Of a stretch of DNA of 64,000 bases, positions 10,619-20,175 are shown piece by piece. Made by a program: the position numbers and the translations under genes. The stretch comes from Spirochaetia bacterium (lineage in GTDB: Bacteria; Spirochaetota; Spirochaetia; UBA9216): the NCBI GenBank assembly GCA_965140585.1, contig OZ223265.1:1-64000 (forward strand), read 5' to 3'. Numbering within the stretch: the first letter of the stretch is position 1; each line of letters starts with the position of its first letter. The notes beneath the pieces were generated by a model. It made no database searches, was not told the origin of the DNA, and was given only the letters and a program-made list of their open reading frames with translations.

Positions 10619-11114
10619 GATCCCTCTCCAGTCTTTTCAAAACAGCCTCTGAATTAAGAATGAAGATTTCACTGCCGTCGGCAGCGGTTACCGAACTGAT
10701 AAAAAAATCCTCATGATCATCCCGTAGTGTCAGCTTATGTATTCTGGACTCTGGAGTCTTCTGAATTTCACTTACATCAGTAATCATAAATGCGGCCTGA
10801 TCCCCTTCAATATTAAGAATGAAGAATGTTGAAGATTCGAGTTTCTTCTGCTCGAAAAGCATATTAAGATCAATTACTGTGTATGGCTCACCATGCCTGT
10901 TAATAAATCCCCGGACATAGGGCGGTACGAAGGGAACATAGAAAAGAGGGACATCAAGAACAATCTCTCTTATCAGGCTGGCCGGTAGAGCGTAAGTTTT
11001 TTCATTAATTCTGAATACTATAAGTTTTATCAGTACTTCACTTACTTCAGCCTTTTTCTCACGGCTTTCCCGTCCTGCTGTTTCTATCTCATTTACCAGC
11101 TCTTTACTGTCCAT
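10599..11114 (-). CDS. cheW: CheW coupling protein
   Basis: VPFVPPYVRGFINRHGEPYTVIDL motif; start taken at ATG 11114 just after the MCP stop. Confidence 0.85.
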   Translation of the reverse strand: MDSKELVNEIETAGRESREKKAEVSEVLIKLIVFRINEKTYALPASLIREIVLDVPLFYVPFVPPYVRGFINRHGEPYTVIDLNMLFEQKKLESSTFFILNIEGDQAAFMITDVSEIQKTPESRIHKLTLRDDHEDFFISSVTAADGSEIFILNSEAVLKRLERDLDAEKA

Positions 11115-11115
11115 A

Positions 11116-13140
11116 TCAGATACCTTCACGTACCCTGTACTCAGCCACAGTTTCACTGAGAGTATCGGCCTGCTCCTTAAGGTTCTGTGAAGCTGCAGTT
11201 GTTGCACGCGTGGAAACTACAAAATTATCGATGCCCTCCGAAATCTGCTTAAGAGTTAGCAGTATCTGTTCAAAGGCCTGGACCTGCTGTTTGATTGACA
11301 TGAGTATATGCTCTGCCGAGGTTGCAGAGATTTCCGAGGAGGAAAGAACATCGTTAAAAAGCTTATTAAGTCTGTTGGAAAGTTCCCAGCCCTCGGTAAT
11401 CTTTGAGGTTCCCTCCTCGCTGCTGATAATAAGACGATCAGAGGAATGCTGTATTTCATTTATCTTGGTTTTTATTTCGTTTGTGGAAGATACGGTACTG
11501 TCCGCAAGACGCCTTATTTCTGTAGCAACAATCTGGAAGTTCTTACCTGCCTCACCTGCCGCAGAGGCTTCAAGTTCGGCATTGAATGCGATAATCTTAG
11601 TCTGATCAGCAATTCCATTAATTATATTTACGATATCCCAGATACTCTCGATCTTTTCACCAAGCATCTTTATCCCAGATATCGTACCGGTATTCGCCTG
11701 CCTGATATCATCCATCTTTGACAATGTTTCCTTGATGATTGAAAAACCGTCATTGACAACATCCTTGGTATTAGTTGAAACTCTGGTAACTTCCTCTATC
11801 TTTACAGCTATATTTTTAGACAGCTGGTCGGAGTCCTCCATTGTACTGACTATTTCCTTAACAGCAGCGGCCTGTTCATTGGATGTACTGGAAATTTCCT
11901 GACTTGATACAGAGAGTTCCTGAACTGAATCAAGAAGTACCGAACTTGTTTTTCTTACTTTCACAAGCATAGCTGAAAAATTCTCAATAACAGTATTAAA
12001 CTGCTGAGCCATATCGCCTATTTCATCACGGCTTTTCACATCTATCCGGAGAGACAGGTTGCCTTCCGAAACCAGTTTACTCACCTCCTTAACCTTTGAT
12101 ACAGGAGCAAGCATTCTGGTAAATATAATATTAACAACGATATTTATCAGGAGTATGCAGACCAGGGTCAAAAGAGCCAGAACTATCAGAATCCTGTTCA
12201 GAACCGAAATTGATTCAATCAGCGGCACCTGAGTGAAAACCATCCAGTCGAGATCTTCGATATATTCACAGACAATCTGCATTTGACCTTCTGAATAACT
12301 GTTACCGGTTGAATACGAGATCAGTCCCTGCCTAACTTCTCCCGGCTTCTGCAGTGCTGAATCAAACATCATGCCGAACGCTCTGACATCAGAGTCGATG
12401 ATAATTGAACTGTACTCGGTTCCCGATTTTATATCCGGATGATAAAGAATCCGGCCCCGTTTATCAGTAAGCCAGATATATCCCTTTTCACCTACGCTTA
12501 TCTCAGAAAGTGTTTTAAATATCTGCTCTTTATTTACAAGCGATGAAAATTCAGTTTTATAGGATGAAGCCCAGATAAGCAGATCCCATGGTTTAAAATA
12601 AGCCATACCCCCTGCCTTGAGCCTTGGGACATCCTCCCCTACGTTTGCCCATTCATATTCAATGTAACCGTTTTTCATCTCAACGGCCTTCTTCATAAAA
12701 TCGTATCCGCTTGCATCAACCCCGGGAGATTTAGGATGAATTTCAAGGATTCCCTCTCCTGTAATTCCGGTAAGATAACCGGTATCCCCGACTTTTCCGT
12801 ATACAGGATCCAGAATAAATTCACTAAGACTGCTGTAGGCCTGTCTCTCGGTCTGCAGCCCCTCAGTATATTTTTTATACTCAAACTCAGCAAAATTGCG
12901 GACTGTATCTGCGAGCAGAACAAGATGGTTCTCTACAGATGAATTTACACTGTCAGTAAGAGTGGATGATGCCATATCGGTGACTGTTTCGAGTTCTCTG
13001 TATGTTTTAGCAATCAGGTCGGGTTTTATTGTGAAGAAAAGAATAAAACTAAGGACTATCAGTGTAAGAAGAAATGATACGACAAATACGAGCTGAATCT
13101 TTCCCTTCAGCCCTTTAAAAAAACGAAATGAAAACTTCAT
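11116..13140 (-). CDS. Transmembrane methyl-accepting chemotaxis protein (Cache sensor, HAMP)
   Basis: Two TM helices, Cache-like periplasmic region, HAMP (DEIGDMA), MCP signalling domain. Confidence 0.9.
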   Translation of the reverse strand: MKFSFRFFKGLKGKIQLVFVVSFLLTLIVLSFILFFTIKPDLIAKTYRELETVTDMASSTLTDSVNSSVENHLVLLADTVRNFAEFEYKKYTEGLQTERQAYSSLSEFILDPVYGKVGDTGYLTGITGEGILEIHPKSPGVDASGYDFMKKAVEMKNGYIEYEWANVGEDVPRLKAGGMAYFKPWDLLIWASSYKTEFSSLVNKEQIFKTLSEISVGEKGYIWLTDKRGRILYHPDIKSGTEYSSIIIDSDVRAFGMMFDSALQKPGEVRQGLISYSTGNSYSEGQMQIVCEYIEDLDWMVFTQVPLIESISVLNRILIVLALLTLVCILLINIVVNIIFTRMLAPVSKVKEVSKLVSEGNLSLRIDVKSRDEIGDMAQQFNTVIENFSAMLVKVRKTSSVLLDSVQELSVSSQEISSTSNEQAAAVKEIVSTMEDSDQLSKNIAVKIEEVTRVSTNTKDVVNDGFSIIKETLSKMDDIRQANTGTISGIKMLGEKIESIWDIVNIINGIADQTKIIAFNAELEASAAGEAGKNFQIVATEIRRLADSTVSSTNEIKTKINEIQHSSDRLIISSEEGTSKITEGWELSNRLNKLFNDVLSSSEISATSAEHILMSIKQQVQAFEQILLTLKQISEGIDNFVVSTRATTAASQNLKEQADTLSETVAEYRVREGI

Positions 13141-13257
13141 GATCCACCTCTGAACCGGAGGAAAATGAAATAGCTGTTACTTTTTTAACGTATTATAAAA
13201 ACCTGTTCTCCGGCCCGATAATAAATAAGTATCGTGGATCAAATATCAAATTACAAA

Positions 13258-13623
13258 TCAGAATATCTCTTCAAGTCCAAATTTTTTCATCATCAGCTGT
13301 ACATCCCGGCGTGCAGTTTCAGGTAAATTTATAATATTACCGCCGTGTGCATAAAGCTTAAGATCTTCATCGATGCGGGACCAGAGCAATACGATTGTCA
13401 TCTCCATATAGCCTGAAGAGAATCCGGGATCGTCAGGAAGTTCCACCCACACCAGATGCTCTTCACCTGTGCAGAGAACCTCTTCCGAAAGTATCATCAG
13501 TCCGTTTTCGGAAATATCCCTGATCCTGCCGATTAAGGAAATTCCGCCCTGTTCGGTAACCCTCAGATTATCAACAATATAGCGAGGTTCTTTTCGTCTG
13601 TTTCTTCCACTATAATTTTCCAC
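13258..13623 (-). CDS. Stand-alone PilZ-domain protein
   Basis: RRKEPR and DISENG motifs; similar to 1141-1539. Confidence 0.8.
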   Translation of the reverse strand: MENYSGRNRRKEPRYIVDNLRVTEQGGISLIGRIRDISENGLMILSEEVLCTGEEHLVWVELPDDPGFSSGYMEMTIVLLWSRIDEDLKLYAHGGNIINLPETARRDVQLMMKKFGLEEIF

Positions 13624-13660
13624 TGTTCAGCCCCTTTATTACATTTTAAATTATAAGCGG

Positions 13661-14623
13661 TTAAAACGGATTTAGCCAGTAATCCGGAACACCACCGGTT
13701 AGAACCTTTACTATATTTTTAGCAGCCTTGCTTTTAAGTTCAACAAACCCCTCTTCGGTATTGTAACCGCAGTGATCACTTAGAACACAGTTTGAAAGCT
13801 GAAGCAGAGGGTCATCCCCCGGCAGGGGCTCTATATGATGTGTATCAAGCCCGGCAAAGGCAATCCTGTTCTCCGAAAGAGCTTCAACCAGTGATTGATG
13901 TTCGATTATACCGCCGCGTGAGGTATTGATTATTATTGCGCCCGGCTTCATCATCCTGAATTCCTTTTCTGAAAAGAGACCGAGAGTTTCAGTACTCAGG
14001 GGAACATGAATTGAAATAATATCTGCTTCCGTTACAGCTGTTGCAAAGTCTGCGGGTTCACCCTGATTTATTTTGATTTCCTCTTCATGGACATAGGGAT
14101 CATAAACAAGGACACGAGAGAGGCCCATGGCCGACATCTTTCTATGCAGACATCGTCCGCTTCGTCCATACCCTATAATAGCAAGCACCTTTCCCCTGAT
14201 CCTTGTATTATTTTTTCGGCCAATATTCCAATCGCCGTTTCTTATAAGCCTGTCACGGAAGGAGAGCTGACGCAGTGATGCAAAAATATGTGCAACAGCC
14301 AGGTCCGAAACATCTTCAAAACAGTAGTCCGGTACATTTGCAAGATATATTCCCTTTGCTGTACAGGCAGCCGGATCCACATTATCGTAGCCGACTCCGT
14401 AACGGGAAATTACACGGACAGTGTCGAGTTTTTTTATAACATCCTTACTCATCGGTGCCAGATTGAGAAGAACCCCGTCTGCTCCTCTACAGGCTTCAAG
14501 GACATCCTCCTCTGTTCTGCAGTCGAAGATCTCCAGTTCAGCACCGCATTCTGTCAATATATCCTTTTCAATTGAATATTCACCATGCCGGTCGTCTGTA
14601 ACAATAACTCTGAAATTACTCAT
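13661..14623 (-). CDS. D-isomer-specific 2-hydroxyacid dehydrogenase (CtBP-like)
   Basis: RYGVGYDNVD, GYGRSG, INTSRGG motifs. Confidence 0.88.
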   Translation of the reverse strand: MSNFRVIVTDDRHGEYSIEKDILTECGAELEIFDCRTEEDVLEACRGADGVLLNLAPMSKDVIKKLDTVRVISRYGVGYDNVDPAACTAKGIYLANVPDYCFEDVSDLAVAHIFASLRQLSFRDRLIRNGDWNIGRKNNTRIRGKVLAIIGYGRSGRCLHRKMSAMGLSRVLVYDPYVHEEEIKINQGEPADFATAVTEADIISIHVPLSTETLGLFSEKEFRMMKPGAIIINTSRGGIIEHQSLVEALSENRIAFAGLDTHHIEPLPGDDPLLQLSNCVLSDHCGYNTEEGFVELKSKAAKNIVKVLTGGVPDYWLNPF

Positions 14624-14733
14624 ATGCTATGCCTCCATTTATCTGTCGGCCTGGAGGTATTTAGTCTTGAACGCTGTTGATTATTACTTGTATTCCACTG
14701 TATAAATTCTTATCAAAATGATAATATCCGCAC

Positions 14734-15186
14734 ATGCGATTTGTGATTCAGAGAGTTAACCATGCCGAAGTAACGATAAACAGTGTTAGAGGCGGAAAAA
14801 TAGGAAAAGGCCTTATGATACTTGCCGGAATCGGCAGAGATGATACGGAAGCAGATCTTCAGTGGATGATCCGCAAAGCTCTGAATTTGCGGATATTTGA
14901 AGATGACAAGGGTCTTATGAATCTGTCCGTTCTTGATACTGAGGGTGAAATAATGATTGTCAGCCAGTTTACCCTCTATGCTACTACCAAAAAAGGAAAC
15001 AGGCCCGGATTCAGCCCGGCAGCTGCACCGGAGCAGGCAGTGCCTCTGTATGAGAAACTTGTTTCTGAAGCGGAAAAGCTGCTCGGCAGGACAATTGTCA
15101 CCGGCGAGTTCGGTGCTGATATGCAGATTGATCTGGAAAATAACGGGCCGGTCACGATCATCCTTGATTCAAAGAATCCGGAATAA
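14734..15186 (+). CDS. dtd: D-aminoacyl-tRNA deacylase
   Basis: MRxVIQRV, SQFTL, GEFGADM, NNGPVT signatures. Confidence 0.95.
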   Translation: MRFVIQRVNHAEVTINSVRGGKIGKGLMILAGIGRDDTEADLQWMIRKALNLRIFEDDKGLMNLSVLDTEGEIMIVSQFTLYATTKKGNRPGFSPAAAPEQAVPLYEKLVSEAEKLLGRTIVTGEFGADMQIDLENNGPVTIILDSKNPE

Positions 15187-15189
15187 ACG

Positions 15190-15387
15190 CTAAACCTCGG
15201 ACTGCTCCAGATACCTTATAACGCTGCCTATATCAATATAATCCAGGTCTACCGCTATCTCTCCGAAAAGTCGGCTGTCTCCATCTTTCTGCCGTTGAAG
15301 AACCTCTATGACCTGTTCCGAGGTCATCTCGCCCAGTTTAACCATTCCGTCACCGATTCTGCCGTCGATTAACTTTTCAATATCCAT
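15190..15387 (-). CDS. Small hypothetical protein (MshEN-like RIG..LxxQ..RLFGE pattern)
   Basis: 65 aa, co-oriented after fliG; RIGDGMVKLG...LQRQK...RLFGEI resembles the MshEN c-di-GMP-binding repeat. Confidence 0.5.
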   Translation of the reverse strand: MDIEKLIDGRIGDGMVKLGEMTSEQVIEVLQRQKDGDSRLFGEIAVDLDYIDIGSVIRYLEQSEV

Positions 15388-15402
15388 ACGCCCCCGCAGA
15401 CT

Positions 15403-16608
15403 TTAAATAAATTCGTCATCCCCTCGCATAATTGTGATTTCATCTTTCTGTTCGAGGTCTATTATATAATCGACAAATTCTCGGGTAGATTTATCAACAT
15501 CTGCTCTTCTCATCTCTCCAAGGTAGACAGATTCTTCTAAAATCATTTCTTTCCGGCGTTCAGAAAGGTTATCGAGTATTCTAGCCCGTTTATCAGGGGT
15601 TTTGCCCTTGATTATTACCGCAAGTTCTGAGTTATCAAAATCTCTGAGCAGGTACTGCATATCGCGGTCATCAATATGTTCAACCAGCTCAAAGGTATAA
15701 ATACGCTCTTTTATCTCCTCGGCAAGCTCACGGCTGTGATCCGAGAGGTCATCAAGAATTTCATCCTCAAAGGAAAGCGGCATGTGCTTGAGAATTCCTG
15801 CGAGAATAGATTTACCGTCAATTTCTTCGGTTACAACCCTCCCCTGTGCCCGGATTCTTTCCTGAAAAATTGCTTCCATCTTTGAAACAACGCCTGGTGC
15901 AATTTCACCCTGCCTTGCAATTCTTATAATTATCTCTTTCCGGCTTGTCTCGGGAAGCTTGCTTATGATAGCCGATGACAGCTGCGGTTCTAAAAAAGAA
16001 AGAACCACACTCATAACATACGGAGGCTCATTCTTGATAACCATAAGAATCTGTTCGGGCTCAAGTTCATCAAGAAAGTCAAACGGCCGCCTTCCTCCGA
16101 AAGGCAGAACCTTATCAAAAATCTGCCGGCTTTTCTCATCTCCGAACGCTGCCGTAAGCATTCTGAGAGCCTTATCAGGTCCGCTTTCGGAATATTCAGT
16201 GTTGAAATCTTTTTTTGCTGATGCAGCGGCCTTGCGGTCAAGATGTCCGAAATCCTTCAGCACTTCAGCAGATTCTGATTTTGAAATTTTCCTTACTGCA
16301 GTGATTTCACGGACTATCTTTTCAACATCTTCTGCTGAAAAATGTTTGAGAACCTCCGCAGCCTGCTGAGGACCTACCAGCAGCAGAAACTTGGCGGCCT
16401 TAGCGTAGCCTGCATCAGCGCCGGATGAAGAAGACCCTGTCTTCGCAACCGGTTTCTGAGTAGTCTTTGCAGGCCCGGGCTTTTTAGGCGTTCCGTTTCC
16501 GCTTTTTTCCGAGGTCTTTATAAATCCGTCATTTATGTCACTGGAAACATTTTGTTTGTATGCGTTTAATGCTCTGTCGATTTTTTTCATATCAATTCTC
16601 AGTTCCAT
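15403..16608 (-). CDS. fliG: FliG-like flagellar motor switch protein (spirochaete FliG1 type)
   Basis: KAAKFLLLVG, PFDFL, NLSERR motifs; extended N-terminus; outside a flagellar operon. Confidence 0.8.
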   Translation of the reverse strand: MELRIDMKKIDRALNAYKQNVSSDINDGFIKTSEKSGNGTPKKPGPAKTTQKPVAKTGSSSSGADAGYAKAAKFLLLVGPQQAAEVLKHFSAEDVEKIVREITAVRKISKSESAEVLKDFGHLDRKAAASAKKDFNTEYSESGPDKALRMLTAAFGDEKSRQIFDKVLPFGGRRPFDFLDELEPEQILMVIKNEPPYVMSVVLSFLEPQLSSAIISKLPETSRKEIIIRIARQGEIAPGVVSKMEAIFQERIRAQGRVVTEEIDGKSILAGILKHMPLSFEDEILDDLSDHSRELAEEIKERIYTFELVEHIDDRDMQYLLRDFDNSELAVIIKGKTPDKRARILDNLSERRKEMILEESVYLGEMRRADVDKSTREFVDYIIDLEQKDEITIMRGDDEFI

Positions 16609-18118
16609 TCAAGGAAATAATACCATCACTGGTATTATTCAGAAAGCTGTAGAAGTCTTCCATCTTGAGCGGTCTACTGAAAAGATATCCCTGAAATGTT
16701 GAACATCCAAGTTTTATTGCAGATTTCAACTGATTTAAGTTCTCTATACCCTCAAAAACAACATCCATATTGAGTTCTTTACCGATTCGTACTATGGACT
16801 GAATTACATCTCTTTTTTTACCCTCAGCCTGAAGTCCTTCCGTAAAAACCTTATCGATTTTAAGAACCTGTGCCCTGAATCGGTTAAGATAACCCAGAGA
16901 AGAGTATCCGGTTCCGAAATCATCCAGTGAGATGCGGAATCCCATATCATTCAGCCGTTCAATCTCATTTACAGCATGATCCTGATCATCAAAAAGACAT
17001 GTTTCAGTTATTTCCAGAAAGATATCAGAGGAATTAGCACCTGTCTCATTCAGAAGTTCTGAAAGGTCTTCTGCAAAGCGTTTATGAAAAAACTGCCTGG
17101 GAGAGATATTGATGGACAGCTGAAGATTCGGAAATTTTTCCTGCCATTCACGAAGCTGCTCCATTGCTGATTTTATTAGCCATCTGCCGATCGGCAGAAT
17201 CAGACCGGTTTCTTCGGCAACTTCAATAAGATTCTGAGGCAGATGACTTCCGCGGTTTTCATCGCACCATCTAATCAGAACCTCCGCCTTGATTTTATCA
17301 ACCATAATTCTATCGCTTTCAAGACGGGAAACAGAAATTATAGGTTGAAAAAACAGCGTAAACCTGTCGCTGAGGATACTTTCATTCCGCACTTCCATTG
17401 CAGAGAGAAGATTATTCTGCATCTCAATATTTCCGATGACAGTATTTCTCATTTCTTCATTGAAGAAAATAATGGGAAGGCTGCGTTGTATGGCCTGCTT
17501 TAACGCCATATCAGCATTGGATAGCAGAATCTTCTTATTCAATCCGTCATCGGGAAAAGATGCTATACCTACGTTTGCCCCCACCTTTACCTTGTAAATA
17601 TTTCCTTCAATTACCCGCTCTACAGATTTAAGAATTTCATCTGCAATTTCTCTAAGACTGTCAGGCTGGAGGCTGTCGAAAATAAAAACAGCAAATTCCT
17701 CGGTTCTGGGATGATAGAGGAGCCCTTTATGATTTAAAAGCTCTTTAAGCCGGTTGGAAATGGTATAAAGAATATTATTGAATACATCATTATTGAATGT
17801 CTGACGGCAGCGGTCGAAATTTTCGTCCAGTTTTATCAGAATTACTGATATTTGCGGAGGATTTGATAAATTGAAAAAGCCCCACAGGAGAGGACCGATA
17901 TCCGAGTCCATTTTTCGGTGATTAGGCAAACCGGTGATCTCATTATACAGAAGTTTTGAGCTGATATTTTCTTCCCGGCGCTCTGCGTGATCCAGTCTGT
18001 TGAGAAGTTCACGGACTTTTTCAAGTAGGATGTCCTTTTCTTCCAGCAGATTGAGGATATAATCGCGTGCCTGTTCCAGGCTGTTAATTCTGCTTAAATC
18101 AGTTAAATGGTTTTCCAA
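16592..18118 (-). CDS. Degenerate GGDEF + EAL protein (probable c-di-GMP phosphodiesterase)
   Basis: GGDEF replaced by RTEEF; EVLIRW and DDFGTGYSS retained. Confidence 0.85.
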   Translation of the reverse strand: MENHLTDLSRINSLEQARDYILNLLEEKDILLEKVRELLNRLDHAERREENISSKLLYNEITGLPNHRKMDSDIGPLLWGFFNLSNPPQISVILIKLDENFDRCRQTFNNDVFNNILYTISNRLKELLNHKGLLYHPRTEEFAVFIFDSLQPDSLREIADEILKSVERVIEGNIYKVKVGANVGIASFPDDGLNKKILLSNADMALKQAIQRSLPIIFFNEEMRNTVIGNIEMQNNLLSAMEVRNESILSDRFTLFFQPIISVSRLESDRIMVDKIKAEVLIRWCDENRGSHLPQNLIEVAEETGLILPIGRWLIKSAMEQLREWQEKFPNLQLSINISPRQFFHKRFAEDLSELLNETGANSSDIFLEITETCLFDDQDHAVNEIERLNDMGFRISLDDFGTGYSSLGYLNRFRAQVLKIDKVFTEGLQAEGKKRDVIQSIVRIGKELNMDVVFEGIENLNQLKSAIKLGCSTFQGYLFSRPLKMEDFYSFLNNTSDGIISLNGTEN

Positions 18119-18216
18119 TGCCCTTCCTCTTCAACTTTTTTATTGTAAGTAAAACTTACCTTTAAGTACAGCTTTTTTTGAATTTTTACACTTTTCTTTG
18201 TAGATTGGTTTCCGGC

Positions 18217-18250
18217 AAAAAAAAGCTGCCGGGGAGAATCCCCCGACAGC
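18217..18250 (-). terminator. Rho-independent terminator of the sulfur-relay operon
   Basis: GCTGTCGGGGG/CCCCGGCAGC hairpin followed by T8 on the minus strand. Confidence 0.8.
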
Positions 18251-18289
18251 ATGTATTCTAACTATTTCTGTTCGATTTATCGCAGTTGA

Positions 18290-19213
18290 TTACTGAACTA
18301 CAGGAAAACCCTCTTCGCCCCAGCCTGTTCCACCGGTTGCAGCAGAGCCCATACCGCTTTTCATCGATACGGCATTGTATCCCAGAAGTCTGAGGATACC
18401 TACAGTCTGTCCTGCTGTCTGACCGGTATAGCAGTAAACTACAATAACTTCATCCTTGGGAAGCGCAGTGAATTTTTCCTGCATTCCCTTAGCCCAGGGG
18501 ATATTTATAGCCGATTCAACATGTCCGCCTGCATATGCATCAGGCTGTCTGATTGAAACTATGGTAATATCATCTTCGGCATCAAGTGCTTCTTTAACCT
18601 TTGAAGCAGGCCAAATGTTGCTGCCTGCATCAGGAATAGCCTTGAAGTATCCTTCAGCAGCAGCTTTTATTGCTGCATCATATTTTACACCTGAAGCATC
18701 CGGTGTAAGAGCAGCTTCGGTAGTTGTGTAAGCTTCGTATCCTTCAGTCTTAGAAATACCGAAGTTCCAGCCTGACTTGATTGACTGAGCCTGAATTCCT
18801 GCAACATTAAGAACAGCAACAGTCTGACCTGCAGTCTGACCTGAGTAACAGTTTACATAAACAGGCTTGTCATCTGGAAGCCATGCAAGAGCATCTGCAA
18901 TTGCAGGCCCCCATGGAGCGTTAACTGCACCTTTGAGGTGACCTTTTTCATAATCTGCTGCACTTCTGATGTCAACGATAAGCATGTCTTCACCGGCATC
19001 CATTTTTGCAAATAAATCTGCTGATGCAATTATTCTTGAACCGGGCATTTCCGCAAAATATGCATTAGCGGCTTCGGCTACAGTATCAACCTGAGGGGCA
19101 GCCTTTACTTCAGTTGCTGGTGCAGATGCGGCTTCCTGATCTCCGTTTGCAAATACTGCCGCAGGAACAAAAAGTACTGCAAGCAGAATCAAAATTGCTG
19201 TTAATTTTTTCAT
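18290..19213 (-). CDS. Secreted tandem rhodanese-domain protein
   Basis: Signal peptide MKKL...VFANGDQE; two repeats with CY(S/T)GQTAGQ active-site loops. Confidence 0.85.
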   Translation of the reverse strand: MKKLTAILILLAVLFVPAAVFANGDQEAASAPATEVKAAPQVDTVAEAANAYFAEMPGSRIIASADLFAKMDAGEDMLIVDIRSAADYEKGHLKGAVNAPWGPAIADALAWLPDDKPVYVNCYSGQTAGQTVAVLNVAGIQAQSIKSGWNFGISKTEGYEAYTTTEAALTPDASGVKYDAAIKAAAEGYFKAIPDAGSNIWPASKVKEALDAEDDITIVSIRQPDAYAGGHVESAINIPWAKGMQEKFTALPKDEVIVVYCYTGQTAGQTVGILRLLGYNAVSMKSGMGSAATGGTGWGEEGFPVVQ

Positions 19214-19244
19214 CTCAAATTTCTCCTTTAATTTTATCCTGAAA

Positions 19245-20162
19245 TTATGAGGCATCCTGAACTTCTATGCGGACATCTCCAGGAATTTCAGGTTTGTACA
19301 CTGGTAATGATTTATCAGAACTCCATTCCAGCCATGCACCGTCATATATTTTAAGGTTACGGTAGCCGGCATTGTAGAGAGCTGCATAAGTTTCTGCAGC
19401 TCTGATTGATGTTTTACAGTACATAATTATGGTATCCTCAGGCATTATTCCGGCATCTTTATATAGAATGCGAATATGCTGTACAGGTTTATATGTACCG
19501 TCTTTGAAATTATTCTGAACATAGTCAATGTGAATTGACCCCGGTATGGTTCCGGCATTGTATTCTTCATCTGTCCTTACATCGAGGATAACCACATTTT
19601 TAGCAGGCTTATCGATCTGCTCCATTATTTCTGCTTTATCAGCAAGCATCGATTGAACAGCAGAACCGGCATTGTAGGAAGCTTTAGAGGCTGAGGCCTT
19701 GCCTGAAACAATTGACGCACCCTCTGCTTTCAATGCAGCAAGACCGCCTGAAACAATTTTCACCTGCCCCTTATGACTGTAGAACATAAGAGTCCAGGCC
19801 AGTCGGCCCGAATCCATGTTGCTGTTATCATCATAAATAATAACATTTGAGTCGGCTGTCAGACCTGCAGCAGAAGCAGCCGCTGCAATATCGGAAGCCG
19901 GAGCAAGTGAATTGGCAACAGGGTTTGAGACAGTTATCTGAGCACGTTCAATGTTTGCTGCGCCTTCAAGGTGTTCCTTTTCAAACGAAGTCTTTTTCTG
20001 TGCATCGAGAACCGTCCAGTCACCGCCGGCAGCAAGTTTAAGAGCATCATCCGCATCAATTATCAGCGAGCCTGATTCCTCATATTTGCCGTTTCCGCAG
20101 CCGGAACTTAAAAGAATAAGTAAAACAGACAGAACAGACAGTATAATCAGTCTTTTCTTCAT
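19245..20162 (-). CDS. Sulfurtransferase (rhodanese/3-MST-like) lipoprotein
   Basis: Lipobox-like LSSGC; YCKTSIRA, IYDGAWLEW motifs. Confidence 0.85.
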   Translation of the reverse strand: MKKRLIILSVLSVLLILLSSGCGNGKYEESGSLIIDADDALKLAAGGDWTVLDAQKKTSFEKEHLEGAANIERAQITVSNPVANSLAPASDIAAAASAAGLTADSNVIIYDDNSNMDSGRLAWTLMFYSHKGQVKIVSGGLAALKAEGASIVSGKASASKASYNAGSAVQSMLADKAEIMEQIDKPAKNVVILDVRTDEEYNAGTIPGSIHIDYVQNNFKDGTYKPVQHIRILYKDAGIMPEDTIIMYCKTSIRAAETYAALYNAGYRNLKIYDGAWLEWSSDKSLPVYKPEIPGDVRIEVQDAS

Positions 20163-20175
20163 GATATTAACTCCA

